A stretch of 64,000 bases of DNA. It comes from Spirochaetia bacterium (lineage in GTDB: Bacteria > Spirochaetota > Spirochaetia > SZUA-6 > Bin103). Below are positions 29,250 to 38,384 of the stretch, piece by piece. Position 1 is the stretch's first letter. The number at the start of each line of letters is the position of its first letter. Position numbers and translations under genes: made by a program. The notes below the pieces were generated by a model that did not search any database, had not been told where the DNA came from, and was given only the letters and a program-made list of their open reading frames with translations. Location: contig CBDBDQ010000005.1 in the NCBI GenBank assembly GCA_965203905.1, positions 5,728,001-5,792,000 of the forward strand, in the 5' to 3' direction.

Positions 29250-30089
29250 TTGCGTCGATTGCTGAGGTCCAACGTGAACACTCGCGGTGTTCCTCTGGCG
29301 ACGGCCTTGGTTCTGGTGGCGGGTGCGCTGTTCGCGACATGCTCGTTGCCGAACTTGTCGCCAACTTCAGCACCGGGTTCGTCGCCTCGCGAGGGGACCG
29401 CAAGCGATGAGGATCGCCTGGTGGCAGTTGGCTTTCAGAGCGCCGGCTACCCGATAGTGTCGCAGACTGTAACAGTGCGTGCCCTGATCCAGCGGCCCGG
29501 CCACGTACCTACGGCGTTCGACGAGCAGACCCTGGTCGCCGACATGCAGGAACGGGCCAACATCAACCGTTTCACGCTGTTCACCAGGTTCGAGCTGCCT
29601 GAGGTGATGGTTCGCTTCATCGACGCCTGAGCGGACGACGACTTCAGCATCCAGGCATCGTACGGCGGACCGACGCTCGAGCGGGGCGGCGACGGCACCA
29701 GCACGGTGGTGGGACGCGGCACCGACTGGTACAACCATGGACCGCACAACCAGTTTCCCTCGTACATCTCCAAGCGGGCGTCGGACAAGTTACGCTGGAC
29801 CGGTGAATTGGGCAGCCGCGACCGCTACATCCGCGAGATCTACGAGCCCTGGATCTGGCCGCAGGAGCGCCACTACGCACACATCACCTACAGTGACGAC
29901 GAGCAGTCGGCGCTCTCCATCCTGCAGACCGGGATCGGCGACTACGTGAGGAGCACCATTGCGAGCTGGATCATGGAGGGCAGCGCCGACGCCGAGTGGG
30001 ACGGTTACCTGGATCAGTTGGACCACCTGGGCCTGCCGCAGGCGATGCAGATCTATCAGGCCGCTCACGACCGTGTCGCCGGCAACTGA
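29250..30089 (+). pseudogene. Decayed paralog of the adjacent solute-binding protein (in-frame deletion plus TGA at a Trp codon)
   Basis: DRLVAVGFQSAGYPIV and HGPHNQFPSYISKR...WPQERH match 30191..31801; FIDA*ADD here versus FIDPWADD; about 276 central codons missing. Confidence 0.85.
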
Positions 30090-30190
30090 CGGCCACTTGA
30101 TCCGCGGGGGTGGGCTCTGGCGCTCTGGCGCTGTTTGAAACCCAATCCGAACTAGCATAGGGTAAGGCTCCTGCAAGGAGGATGCTTGCA

Positions 30191-31801
30191 ATGAAACTTC
30201 ATCGATTCGCCGCTGCCGCTGTGGCATTGGCGCTGGTTCCCGCCGGGTTGCTGCTGGCCGCGGGGGAAACGGATTCGGGTACGATGGGAGAACAGGACCG
30301 GCTGGCCGCGGTCGGCTTCCAAGCCGCCGGCTATCCCATCGTCGAGACGCCGATCACCGTGGAGGCGATGATCCGCGGCGCCGCCCACGTCCACTACGAG
30401 TTCGACGAGATGACGCTGATCGTCGACCTGCAGGAGCGCTCCAACATCGACCTGGTGTTCGAGACCGTGCCCGGGGCGCAGGTCTCGGAGAAGCGCAACC
30501 TGATCTTCGCCAGCCGCGAGTACCCCGACCTGATGCTCAACATGGGCGTGTCCGACCGCAACCTGTGGGGCGCGGCGCAGGCCGGCGACGTGTGGGCGCT
30601 GGACGAGATGATCGACGCCTACGGTCCCAGCTGGAAGCAGGCGTTCGTCGAACGGCCGATCGTGAGGAAGGCGATCACCCAGCCCGACGGCAAGGTCTAC
30701 AGCCTCCCCTACTACCGTGAGATCCTCAACGACTACGGCATCCGTGACACCATGGCGATCAACGTCGACTGGCTCGGCAAGATGGGCATCGACGAGATCC
30801 CGGACACCACCGAGGAATTCTACCTGGCGCTGAAGGCGTTCCGCACCGGCATCGACAACGGCACCCTGCCGGAGAACGGCGTGCCGTGGCTGGGCCGTTT
30901 CCACGCCTGGGGCAACGGCGGCGAGTGGGAGCTGTACAACGCCTTCGGCCTGTGGATGAAGGGCCAGGGCGTCGGCGCCGAGAAGTACCTGTCGGTGAAC
31001 GACGGCGTGGTGGAGTTCGGCGCCACCGATCCCAAGCTCAGGGACGCGGTGAAGTTCCTGCACCGGCTCTACTCGGAGGGACTGATCACCGAGGAGTTCT
31101 TCACCAACCAGGGCACCGACTTCACCCCGCGCTCGCGCTCGGTGCCGCCGATCTCCGGCTACTGGGGCTCCTACTTCATCACCGCGCCGGTGGAGGAGTT
31201 CTACGATCCGTTGCCGCCGCTGATGGGTCCTACCGGAGTGCGCCGCTACCGCTCACAGCCGGTGCGGCTGCAGAAGAACGCATTCACGATCTTCAGCAAG
31301 TTCGAGTACCCCGAGGCGCTGGTGCGGTTCATCGACCCGTGGGCCGACGACACCTTCAGCATCGAGGCCTCCTACGGCGGACCGCTGATCAAGCAGGAGG
31401 CCGACGGCACCCGCACCGTGACCGGGCGCGGCGTGGACTGGTTCGAGCACGGCCCGCACAACTTCTTCCCCACCTACGTGTCGAAGCGCGCGGCCGACAA
31501 GGTCAACTGGACCGGTGAGCAGGGCTTCCGCGACCTGTACATCCGCGAGATCTACTCGCCCTACATCTGGCCGCAGGAGCGGCACTTCGCCTACATCACC
31601 TACACCGACGAGGAGCAGGAGGAGTTGGCGGTGAGCAGCACCGAGATCGCCGACTACATCAAGACCTCGATCGCCAAGTGGATGGTGGACGGGGGCGTCG
31701 ACGAGGGTTGGGACGACTACCTGAATGAGCTCGACCGGCTCGGCCTGGACCAGGTGATGGGGATCTTCCAGACCGCCTACGACCGCTTCCACGGCAACTG
31801 A
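30191..31801 (+). CDS. Extracellular solute-binding protein (LplA-like, carbohydrate ABC)
   Basis: Signal peptide; GYPIVE, KRNLIFASREYPD, ITQPDGKVYSLP, INVDWLGKMG, PDTTEEFY; AGGAGG 9 nt upstream of ATG 30191. Confidence 0.9.
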   Translation: MKLHRFAAAAVALALVPAGLLLAAGETDSGTMGEQDRLAAVGFQAAGYPIVETPITVEAMIRGAAHVHYEFDEMTLIVDLQERSNIDLVFETVPGAQVSEKRNLIFASREYPDLMLNMGVSDRNLWGAAQAGDVWALDEMIDAYGPSWKQAFVERPIVRKAITQPDGKVYSLPYYREILNDYGIRDTMAINVDWLGKMGIDEIPDTTEEFYLALKAFRTGIDNGTLPENGVPWLGRFHAWGNGGEWELYNAFGLWMKGQGVGAEKYLSVNDGVVEFGATDPKLRDAVKFLHRLYSEGLITEEFFTNQGTDFTPRSRSVPPISGYWGSYFITAPVEEFYDPLPPLMGPTGVRRYRSQPVRLQKNAFTIFSKFEYPEALVRFIDPWADDTFSIEASYGGPLIKQEADGTRTVTGRGVDWFEHGPHNFFPTYVSKRAADKVNWTGEQGFRDLYIREIYSPYIWPQERHFAYITYTDEEQEELAVSSTEIADYIKTSIAKWMVDGGVDEGWDDYLNELDRLGLDQVMGIFQTAYDRFHGN

Positions 31802-31949
31802 CCGCAACCCGATGCCGGCCGGCGCCGCGATGCAGACAGTCATCGCCGGCGCCGGTTCTTCTACATTACCGCCCTTGAAACTGCGCGCCCGCGGTCAGCG
31901 TGTGACGGTGGTGGACGCCGCCACGCGGCGCGCCGTCACTCCCGGGGGT

Positions 31950-32165
31950 GGGCGTCGGCCCGCGCTCTTACCGTACAGAAGATCCGTTTGTGGAGTGACC
32001 TTGAATTCGGGGTCCTGTTGACCGTTGGCACTTAGCTCCCGCCGCGCTATGGGCAATCCCGCGCCCCACTGCTGGACCAGGTTGAGCACTCGCATTGCCT
32101 CGGCCAGCAACGGGTTGCGGTAAGCGACGAACCCCGCCAGACCGAAGTTCTCTGGGGAACGGCGA
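31950..32165 (-). pseudogene. C-terminal fragment of a RecG-C-terminal/HATPase_c_4-type (AlbA-associated) protein
   Basis: SPENFGLAGFVAYRNPLLAEAMRVLNLVQQWGAGLPIARRELSANGQQDPEF, continuing as IFCTVRAR in a shifted frame; no N-terminal part. Confidence 0.55.
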
Positions 32166-32248
32166 ACCATGGCGCTGGTCAAGCCGACTACTGCTATTGC
32201 TGCTCCGTGGCCGTGCGCCGCGCGCCATTTGCGGTGTATTCTCCGTCC

Positions 32249-33160
32249 ATGGCTGTTCAGCTTGGGATTGCGCCGATTGGCTGGAGCAACGACGATCTGC
32301 CACAGCTCGGCGGCGATACGCCGCTGGAGACCTGTCTCAGCGAGAGCAGGCTGGCCGGCTTCACCGGGGTCGAGTCGGGCGGCAAGTTTCCCATGGACGC
32401 TGCGGCTCTCGGCCCGAAACTCCGTGCCCACGACCTGCAGTTGGCGTCCGGCTGGTTCTCGGGGCGGCTCCTGGAAGGCTCGGTGGCCCGTGAACGGGAG
32501 CGCATCGAGCAGCAGCTCGCGACCTTCGCCGCGCTGGGAGCACCGGTCCTGGTGTACGCGGAGACCACCGGCACCATTCAGGCTGCCCAGGACACGCCGG
32601 TCAGCCGGCGCCCCACCCTGGACCGCGCCCAGTTCCCCGACTACGGCCGCCGGCTCACCGAGCTGGCCGGGTACCTGGCCTCCCGCGGCGTGCCGATGAG
32701 CTATCATCCCCACATGGGCACGGTGATCGAGACCGAGGAGGAAGTGGACCTGCTGATAGAGCACACCGGCCCGGCGGTGGGGCTGCTGCTGGACACCGGG
32801 CACCTGGTGTTCGCCGGTGGCGACCCGCTGGCCCTGGCGCGGCGCCACGCCGCGCGGATCAACCACGTGCACTGCAAGGACATTCGCGCCGAGGTGCTGG
32901 CCCAGGTGCGGGACCGCGACATGAGCTTTCTGGACGCAGTGCTGGCGGGCGTGTTCACCGTGCCCGGCGACGGCAGCATCGACTTCCGCGCGGTCGCCCG
33001 GCTGCTGGCGGAGATTCGTTACGCCGGATGGGTGGTGGTGGAGGCGGAGCAGGACCCGGCCAAGGCCAACCCGCTCACCTACGCGCGCATCGGCTACGCC
33101 GAGCTGAGCGCCGCCCTGGCGGAGGCCGGCGTCGAGGTCAGCGAGGGAAGCGCGGGATGA
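32249..33160 (+). CDS. iolE: myo-inosose-2 dehydratase
   Basis: LGIAPIGWSNDDLP, YHPHMGTVIE, LLLDTGH, HVHCKD, FTVPGDG, VVEAEQDP. Confidence 0.92.
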   Translation: MAVQLGIAPIGWSNDDLPQLGGDTPLETCLSESRLAGFTGVESGGKFPMDAAALGPKLRAHDLQLASGWFSGRLLEGSVARERERIEQQLATFAALGAPVLVYAETTGTIQAAQDTPVSRRPTLDRAQFPDYGRRLTELAGYLASRGVPMSYHPHMGTVIETEEEVDLLIEHTGPAVGLLLDTGHLVFAGGDPLALARRHAARINHVHCKDIRAEVLAQVRDRDMSFLDAVLAGVFTVPGDGSIDFRAVARLLAEIRYAGWVVVEAEQDPAKANPLTYARIGYAELSAALAEAGVEVSEGSAG

Positions 33161-34449
33161 TTTTCAAGTCGGAGCAGGTCGCCGCGCAGTGGGACACCTG
33201 GTGCTACCACCATGCCGGGACCTGGTACCTCTACTACCTGATCACCGAGAGCAGCGCCGGCGAGGGATTCGGCGTGGCCACCTCTGCGGACGGGGTGCAC
33301 TGGGAAGATCACGGCTGGGCGATCCGCGCCTCGGACGACATGGTGCGCTACCTGGGGACCGGTTCGGTGTGGCGCGACCCGGCGCCCGACGGCCGGTTCC
33401 TGTGCAACTACAGCGAGTGGCGGCTCGACGACGAGGGCGAGCCGCGCCAGAACATCCTGTTCGCCCGGTCGGAGGACCTGCTGCGGTGGCACAAGTTCGG
33501 CGACCCGCACCTGTTTGCCATCGACGAGGGGCTGTACGAGCGCTACGGGCGCTGGGACTGCATCAATACGCTGCCGCGCGCCGCCGGCGGCTACCGCGGC
33601 ACCTGGACCGCCACCCCGCGCGGGCGGCGGGCGGGACTGCGCGGCGGCATCGGCATCGGCATCAGCGACGACGGCGTGCACTGGCGGGCTCTCCCCCCGG
33701 CCGCGGTCCGGCCCGATGCCGACGAGTCGGGCGCCATGGTGGAAGCGGGAGGTACACTGCATGCGATGTTCGGGCGCGACCACACCATGACGGCCTACAC
33801 GGCGCAGCACTTCGCCGGCCCCTACCGGATGGCGCCAAAGAATCCCCTGCTGCTGGCCCGCAACCATGCCTACTTCTCGCGCACCTTCACGGTCGGCGAC
33901 GAGGTGCTGGTGAATCATCACGCGATGGACGGCCGGCGCGTGCCCAGCGGCCGCGTCATCACCTACGCCGCACCGTTCAAGCGCTTCACCGTGGATGAGG
34001 AGGGAGTGCAGCGCTGGCGCTGGTGGCCGGGCAACGCGGCGTTGCGGGGCAGCGCGGTAGATCCGGCGGCACCGCAGTCGTTCGCCCAGGGCCTGGTGGT
34101 GGAGCTGGAGCTCGACCTCGGCGCGGCGCCGCGGATCACCCTGGAGGTGGACGGCCAACCGTACCTGGTGACCGTGCACCGCGACGGGAGGGTGGACTTC
34201 TCGACCGATGCGCCGGGGCTCGACTGGCAGCGCCGCCACGGCGCTGACCGGCAGCTCGGTCTCGGCACCGAGGTAGCCTGCCGCATCCTGGTGCGGCGCG
34301 GCATGCTGGAGCTGTACCTGGACGATCACTTCATGGAGTGCTGGACCATGGGCTGTGCAGAGGCGAAGACGGTGCGCCTGGACCCGGCTGCCACGGCCGG
34401 CGGCTCCGGGGCGCGCGCCTGGTCGATGGACCTTCCGGCGCAGACGTGA
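33157..34449 (+). CDS. Five-bladed beta-propeller glycoside hydrolase (GH32/GH43-like)
   Basis: WDTW...WYLYYL...VATSADGVHW, LGTGSV, RWD, SDDGVHW, DESG; C-terminal beta-sandwich ending in LELYLDD; ATGA overlap with iolE. Confidence 0.7.
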   Translation: MIFKSEQVAAQWDTWCYHHAGTWYLYYLITESSAGEGFGVATSADGVHWEDHGWAIRASDDMVRYLGTGSVWRDPAPDGRFLCNYSEWRLDDEGEPRQNILFARSEDLLRWHKFGDPHLFAIDEGLYERYGRWDCINTLPRAAGGYRGTWTATPRGRRAGLRGGIGIGISDDGVHWRALPPAAVRPDADESGAMVEAGGTLHAMFGRDHTMTAYTAQHFAGPYRMAPKNPLLLARNHAYFSRTFTVGDEVLVNHHAMDGRRVPSGRVITYAAPFKRFTVDEEGVQRWRWWPGNAALRGSAVDPAAPQSFAQGLVVELELDLGAAPRITLEVDGQPYLVTVHRDGRVDFSTDAPGLDWQRRHGADRQLGLGTEVACRILVRRGMLELYLDDHFMECWTMGCAEAKTVRLDPAATAGGSGARAWSMDLPAQT

Positions 34450-35741
34450 TGAAGCGCACACGGTTCACCGGGGCCGAACGTGCCTGGGTGCTGTACGACG
34501 TGGGCAACTCGGCCTACGTGCTGGCGGTCACCACGGCGATCTTCCCGCTGTTCTTCAAGAACGTGGTCGCCGCCGATCTGCCGGGTGCCACCTCTACCGC
34601 CTGGCTGGCGTACGCCAGCAGCGTGTTTACCCTGGTGGTGGCCGTGCTGGCGCTGGTGCTGGGGCCGCTGGCCGACTACGAGGGACGCAAGAAGCGATTC
34701 TTCTCGTTGTTCTTCGGTCTCGGCGTGGTGGCCACCGGGGTCCTGGCGTTCGCCGCCGAGGGGCAGGCGTTCGTGACCCTCGCGGTGTACGTCCTCTCCT
34801 CCATCGGCTTCGCCGGCGCCAACGTGTTCTACGACTCCTTTCTGACCGACGTGACCCCGCCGGAGCGGATGGATCGCCTGTCCAGCGCCGGGTACGCCTG
34901 GGGCTACGTCGGCAGCACGGTGCCGTTCATCGTCGCCATGGCCGTGGTGATGGCCGGCCCGCGCTTCGACCTGCTGTCCACGGTGATGGCGGTGCGGATC
35001 GCGTTTCTGATCGCCGCCGCGTGGTGGGTGGTGTTTACCGTGCCGCTGCTGCGGCGCGTGCGGCAGACGCAGTTCATTCCGCGGGTGGACTCCCCCGTGC
35101 GCGACACTCGGCGCCGGCTCGGGGCCCTGGTGCGCGACCGGCACCGCTACCGCACGGTGTTCGTGTTCCTCATCGCCTACTTCTTCTACATCGACGGCGT
35201 CGGCACCATCATCAAGCTGGCCACCGCCTACGGCACGGACATCGGGCTGTCCGCCAACACCCTGCTGGTGGTGCTGCTGGTGGTGCAGTTCGTGGCCTTT
35301 CCATGCGCCCTGATCTACAGCCGCCTGGCGCGCGCGCGGAGCTCGTCGGTGCGCACCATGCTGCTGGTCGGGATCGGCGTGTACCTGCTGGTGACGCTGC
35401 TGGCGTTCGTCATTCCGCGGCTGCCGGTGGCGTTGCAGGTGCCCACATTCTGGGTCACCTCCATGCTGGTGGCCAGCTCCCAGGGTGGGATCCAGGCCCT
35501 CTCCCGCTCCTACTACGGCCAGCTCATTCCGGCCACGGCGTCGGCCGAGTTTTTCGGCTTCTACAACATGTGCGGCAAGTTCGCCGCCATTATCGGACCG
35601 TTGCTGGTCGGGGTGTTCTCCCAGCTCACCGGCGACTCCAGCATCGGCGTGCTCAGCATCGCCCTGCTGTTCGTGGTCGGCGGCCTGATCCTGGTGCGCG
35701 TTCCGCGGCAGCCGGTACCGGTCGTGCCAGCGGACGGTTGA
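34449..35741 (+). CDS. MFS transporter (ATG22/UMF1-like)
   Basis: WVLYDVGNSAY, ANVFYDSFL, SSAGYAWGYVG, YIDGVGTII, GGIQALSRS, EFFGFY. Confidence 0.9.
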   Translation: MKRTRFTGAERAWVLYDVGNSAYVLAVTTAIFPLFFKNVVAADLPGATSTAWLAYASSVFTLVVAVLALVLGPLADYEGRKKRFFSLFFGLGVVATGVLAFAAEGQAFVTLAVYVLSSIGFAGANVFYDSFLTDVTPPERMDRLSSAGYAWGYVGSTVPFIVAMAVVMAGPRFDLLSTVMAVRIAFLIAAAWWVVFTVPLLRRVRQTQFIPRVDSPVRDTRRRLGALVRDRHRYRTVFVFLIAYFFYIDGVGTIIKLATAYGTDIGLSANTLLVVLLVVQFVAFPCALIYSRLARARSSSVRTMLLVGIGVYLLVTLLAFVIPRLPVALQVPTFWVTSMLVASSQGGIQALSRSYYGQLIPATASAEFFGFYNMCGKFAAIIGPLLVGVFSQLTGDSSIGVLSIALLFVVGGLILVRVPRQPVPVVPADG

Positions 35742-35755
35742 ACACGGGGCGGCAG

Positions 35756-36589
35756 GTGAGCGCTGCGAGGGGCCGCTTGACCGGCAAGGTGGCGCTGGTA
35801 ACCGGCGCCGCGCGGGGACTCGGGCGCGGCTACGCGGTGCGGCTCGCGGAGCTGGGCGCCGACGTCGCCATCGTCGACCGCAACCTGAACGCCGCCGCGG
35901 TGTACGAGTTCGAACGCCGCCGGATGACGGCGGCAAGCGTCACCGAAGAGTGCGCGGCCCGCGGTGTGCGGGCGCTGGGCAGACAGGTGGACCTCACCGA
36001 CCGCACGGCCACCGAGCGGGTGGTGGGAGAGATAGCCGACCGCATGGGCGGCATCGACATCGCCGTCTGCAACGCCGGCGGCGGCACCAGCCGCTTCGCC
36101 GACGAGATTCAGGACGCCATGCCCGCGGCCGGCGACATCAACACCTCCGCCACGGCCAGCGAGTGCCCGCAGGAGACGCTGACCCGGGTGCTGGAGATCA
36201 ACCTCATGACCTGCATGTACACCTGCATGGCGGTGGCGCCCCACATGAAGCGCCGCGGCGGCGGCAGGATCGTGACCGTGGCCAGCACCGCGGGCCTGCA
36301 CGCGGACGCGGGCTACCATCCCTACGGCACCGCCAAGGCGGCGATCGTCCACTACACGCGCGCGCTGGCGCAGGATCTGGGTCCGCACCGCATCAACGTC
36401 AACTGCATCGCACCTGGCATCATCCGCACCGGGCGCCTCGGCGACCGGGCGCATCTCGCGCCGCGCATCCCCCTGCGCCGCGAAGGCACCATCGAGGACT
36501 GCGTCAGGGTGGTGGAGTTTCTCGTGACCGACCTGTCGGACTACGTGACCGGGTGCATCATTCCGATCGACGGCGGCCTGCATCCGTAA
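35756..36589 (+). CDS. Short-chain dehydrogenase/reductase
   Basis: GKVALVTGAARGLG, NAG, YGTAK, VNCIAPG, IDGG; GTG start. Confidence 0.9.
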   Translation: MSAARGRLTGKVALVTGAARGLGRGYAVRLAELGADVAIVDRNLNAAAVYEFERRRMTAASVTEECAARGVRALGRQVDLTDRTATERVVGEIADRMGGIDIAVCNAGGGTSRFADEIQDAMPAAGDINTSATASECPQETLTRVLEINLMTCMYTCMAVAPHMKRRGGGRIVTVASTAGLHADAGYHPYGTAKAAIVHYTRALAQDLGPHRINVNCIAPGIIRTGRLGDRAHLAPRIPLRREGTIEDCVRVVEFLVTDLSDYVTGCIIPIDGGLHP

Positions 36590-36609
36590 AGGCAAGCCGC
36601 CGCGCCGCG

Positions 36610-38343
36610 TCAGCCACCGGCCAGCGGACTGGTGACGTCGCGAAAGGTCACGCGGCTGGAGGTGACCACGTCGACCACCGTCGTCACGTTCGCCGCGAGC
36701 GCCTGAGCCAGGGCGGCCGGCAGCTCGGCGGGGGACTCCACGCGGATGCCGCGGCAGCCCATCGAACGCGCCACCGCGGCGAAGTCGGTGGCCGCGAACT
36801 CACTGGCGATGACCCGCTGCTGCTGCCCGTGCTTGACCCAGCCGAGGGAGCTGTTGTTGAGCACCACGACCACGATCGGGATTCCCTCGTCGCGCGAGGT
36901 GAGCAGGCCGTTCATGGCCATCCCGAAGCCGCCGTCCCCGGTAACCGCCACCACCTGGCGCCGCGGGTAGATCAGCCGCGCGGCGAGCGCCGCCGGGATG
37001 GCGTAGCCCATGGCGCCGATGCCGGGCATGATCAGCGAGCCGGCGCTGCGGGTCTGGAAGAAGTGGGTCATGAACAGGCGGTTCTCGCCGGCGTCGCAGG
37101 TGATGAACGCGTCCTCGGCGGTGGCGTTGCGGATCTCGGTGAACAGCCGCTGCGGCAGGATCGGAACCTCGTCGGAGTGGTACTCGGGGCCGCCGAAAAA
37201 GTTCTCGGCCTGCCGCGTTGCCTCCAGCGCCGCGGCGCGGGACTCGCGCAGCGCTTCTCCCGGTGCACCCCGTTCGCCGACGGCGGCGTGGAGCTGGGCC
37301 AGCACCAGCGCCGCGTCACCGACGACCGCGTGATCGCAGGGGAACGACCAGCCCGCGTTCTTCGGCTCCACGTCCACCTGGATCAGGGTCTGGCGGCGCG
37401 GGTCGATCAGCTTCGGGTTCTCATTGGCGGTGTCGGAGGATCCCAGCCGCGAGCCGACCACCAGCAGCAGGTCGGCGCGGCCCAGGGTGACGTTGGCCGT
37501 CGCCTGGCCGAAGGTTCCGGCGACGCCCAGGGCCAGCGGATGGGTCTCCGGAAACACGCTCTTGCCGGAAGCGGTGGTGGCCACCGGCGCCGCCAGCAGC
37601 TCGGCCAGCTCCTGCAGCTCGCGGTAGGCCTGGCCGATGCGCACCCCGTTGCCGGCGAGGATCACCGGGCGCCGGGCGGTCGCCAGGGCCCGCGCCGCCG
37701 CCGCGACGTGGGCCGGGTCGCCGTGGCTCTTCGGGGGCAGATAGCGCCGCGTCGGATAGAGCGTGGGACGGCTGTCCGGCCCCACCGTACCGCCCAGGGC
37801 GCGGCTGTGATAGATCACCGCCACCGGTCCCCGTTCGCCGCTCAGGGCGTGCTTGACGGCGAGCTGGGTGCTCTGCACCGCCTGCACGGGGTCGTGGGCC
37901 ACGGTTGCATACTTGGTGACGCCGTCCAGTGCCTTGCGGGTATCGAAGCCGCCGTACTCCCCGGTGCCGCCCTGGTAGGGGGAATGGTGTGAATAGGGCG
38001 CCTGATCCGAGAGGTCGGTCAGCAGCAGCAGCGGCGAGCTGCCCATGTGTGCCTCCAGGGTGCCCAGCAGCGCATTGGCGAGCATGAAGGCGCCCTGCCC
38101 GATCGCCACCCCGGGGCGCCCGGTGAGGCGGCCGTACACCTCCGCCATCACGCTCGCCAACTGCTCGTGGCGCACCAGCACCGCGCGAATCGTCTCCTGG
38201 TGATCGTAGAGGGCGTCGTAGAGGCGCCCCATGTTGCCGCCGATGATGCCGAATACCAGGTCGATGCCGGCATCCTCGAGCGCCCGCACGATGCCCTCGG
38301 TGGCGGACACTTCCGCCGTCAACAACTGTTCCGTGGTTGCCAT
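36610..38343 (-). CDS. Thiamine-diphosphate-dependent enzyme (acetolactate synthase large subunit-like)
   Basis: VRHEQLA, RPVILAGNG, GAMGYAIPAA, GDGGFGM...NN ThDP motif. Confidence 0.88.
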   Translation of the reverse strand: MATTEQLLTAEVSATEGIVRALEDAGIDLVFGIIGGNMGRLYDALYDHQETIRAVLVRHEQLASVMAEVYGRLTGRPGVAIGQGAFMLANALLGTLEAHMGSSPLLLLTDLSDQAPYSHHSPYQGGTGEYGGFDTRKALDGVTKYATVAHDPVQAVQSTQLAVKHALSGERGPVAVIYHSRALGGTVGPDSRPTLYPTRRYLPPKSHGDPAHVAAAARALATARRPVILAGNGVRIGQAYRELQELAELLAAPVATTASGKSVFPETHPLALGVAGTFGQATANVTLGRADLLLVVGSRLGSSDTANENPKLIDPRRQTLIQVDVEPKNAGWSFPCDHAVVGDAALVLAQLHAAVGERGAPGEALRESRAAALEATRQAENFFGGPEYHSDEVPILPQRLFTEIRNATAEDAFITCDAGENRLFMTHFFQTRSAGSLIMPGIGAMGYAIPAALAARLIYPRRQVVAVTGDGGFGMAMNGLLTSRDEGIPIVVVVLNNSSLGWVKHGQQQRVIASEFAATDFAAVARSMGCRGIRVESPAELPAALAQALAANVTTVVDVVTSSRVTFRDVTSPLAGG

Positions 38344-38384
38344 GTCCCTGCAACTCTACATTGATTTGGTATGCTGCTGCCGGC

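Noticed and set aside
29628-29630. TGA read as Trp (alternative genetic code) or selenocysteine
   Set aside because: Many intact genes here end in TGA and use TGG for Trp; the same gene also has a large deletion, so a nonsense mutation is simpler.
36610-38343. Calling the ThDP enzyme IolD or IlvB
   Set aside because: It is near iolE but on the opposite strand, I see no IolD-specific motifs, and there is no ilvN/ilvC neighbour; left at family level.
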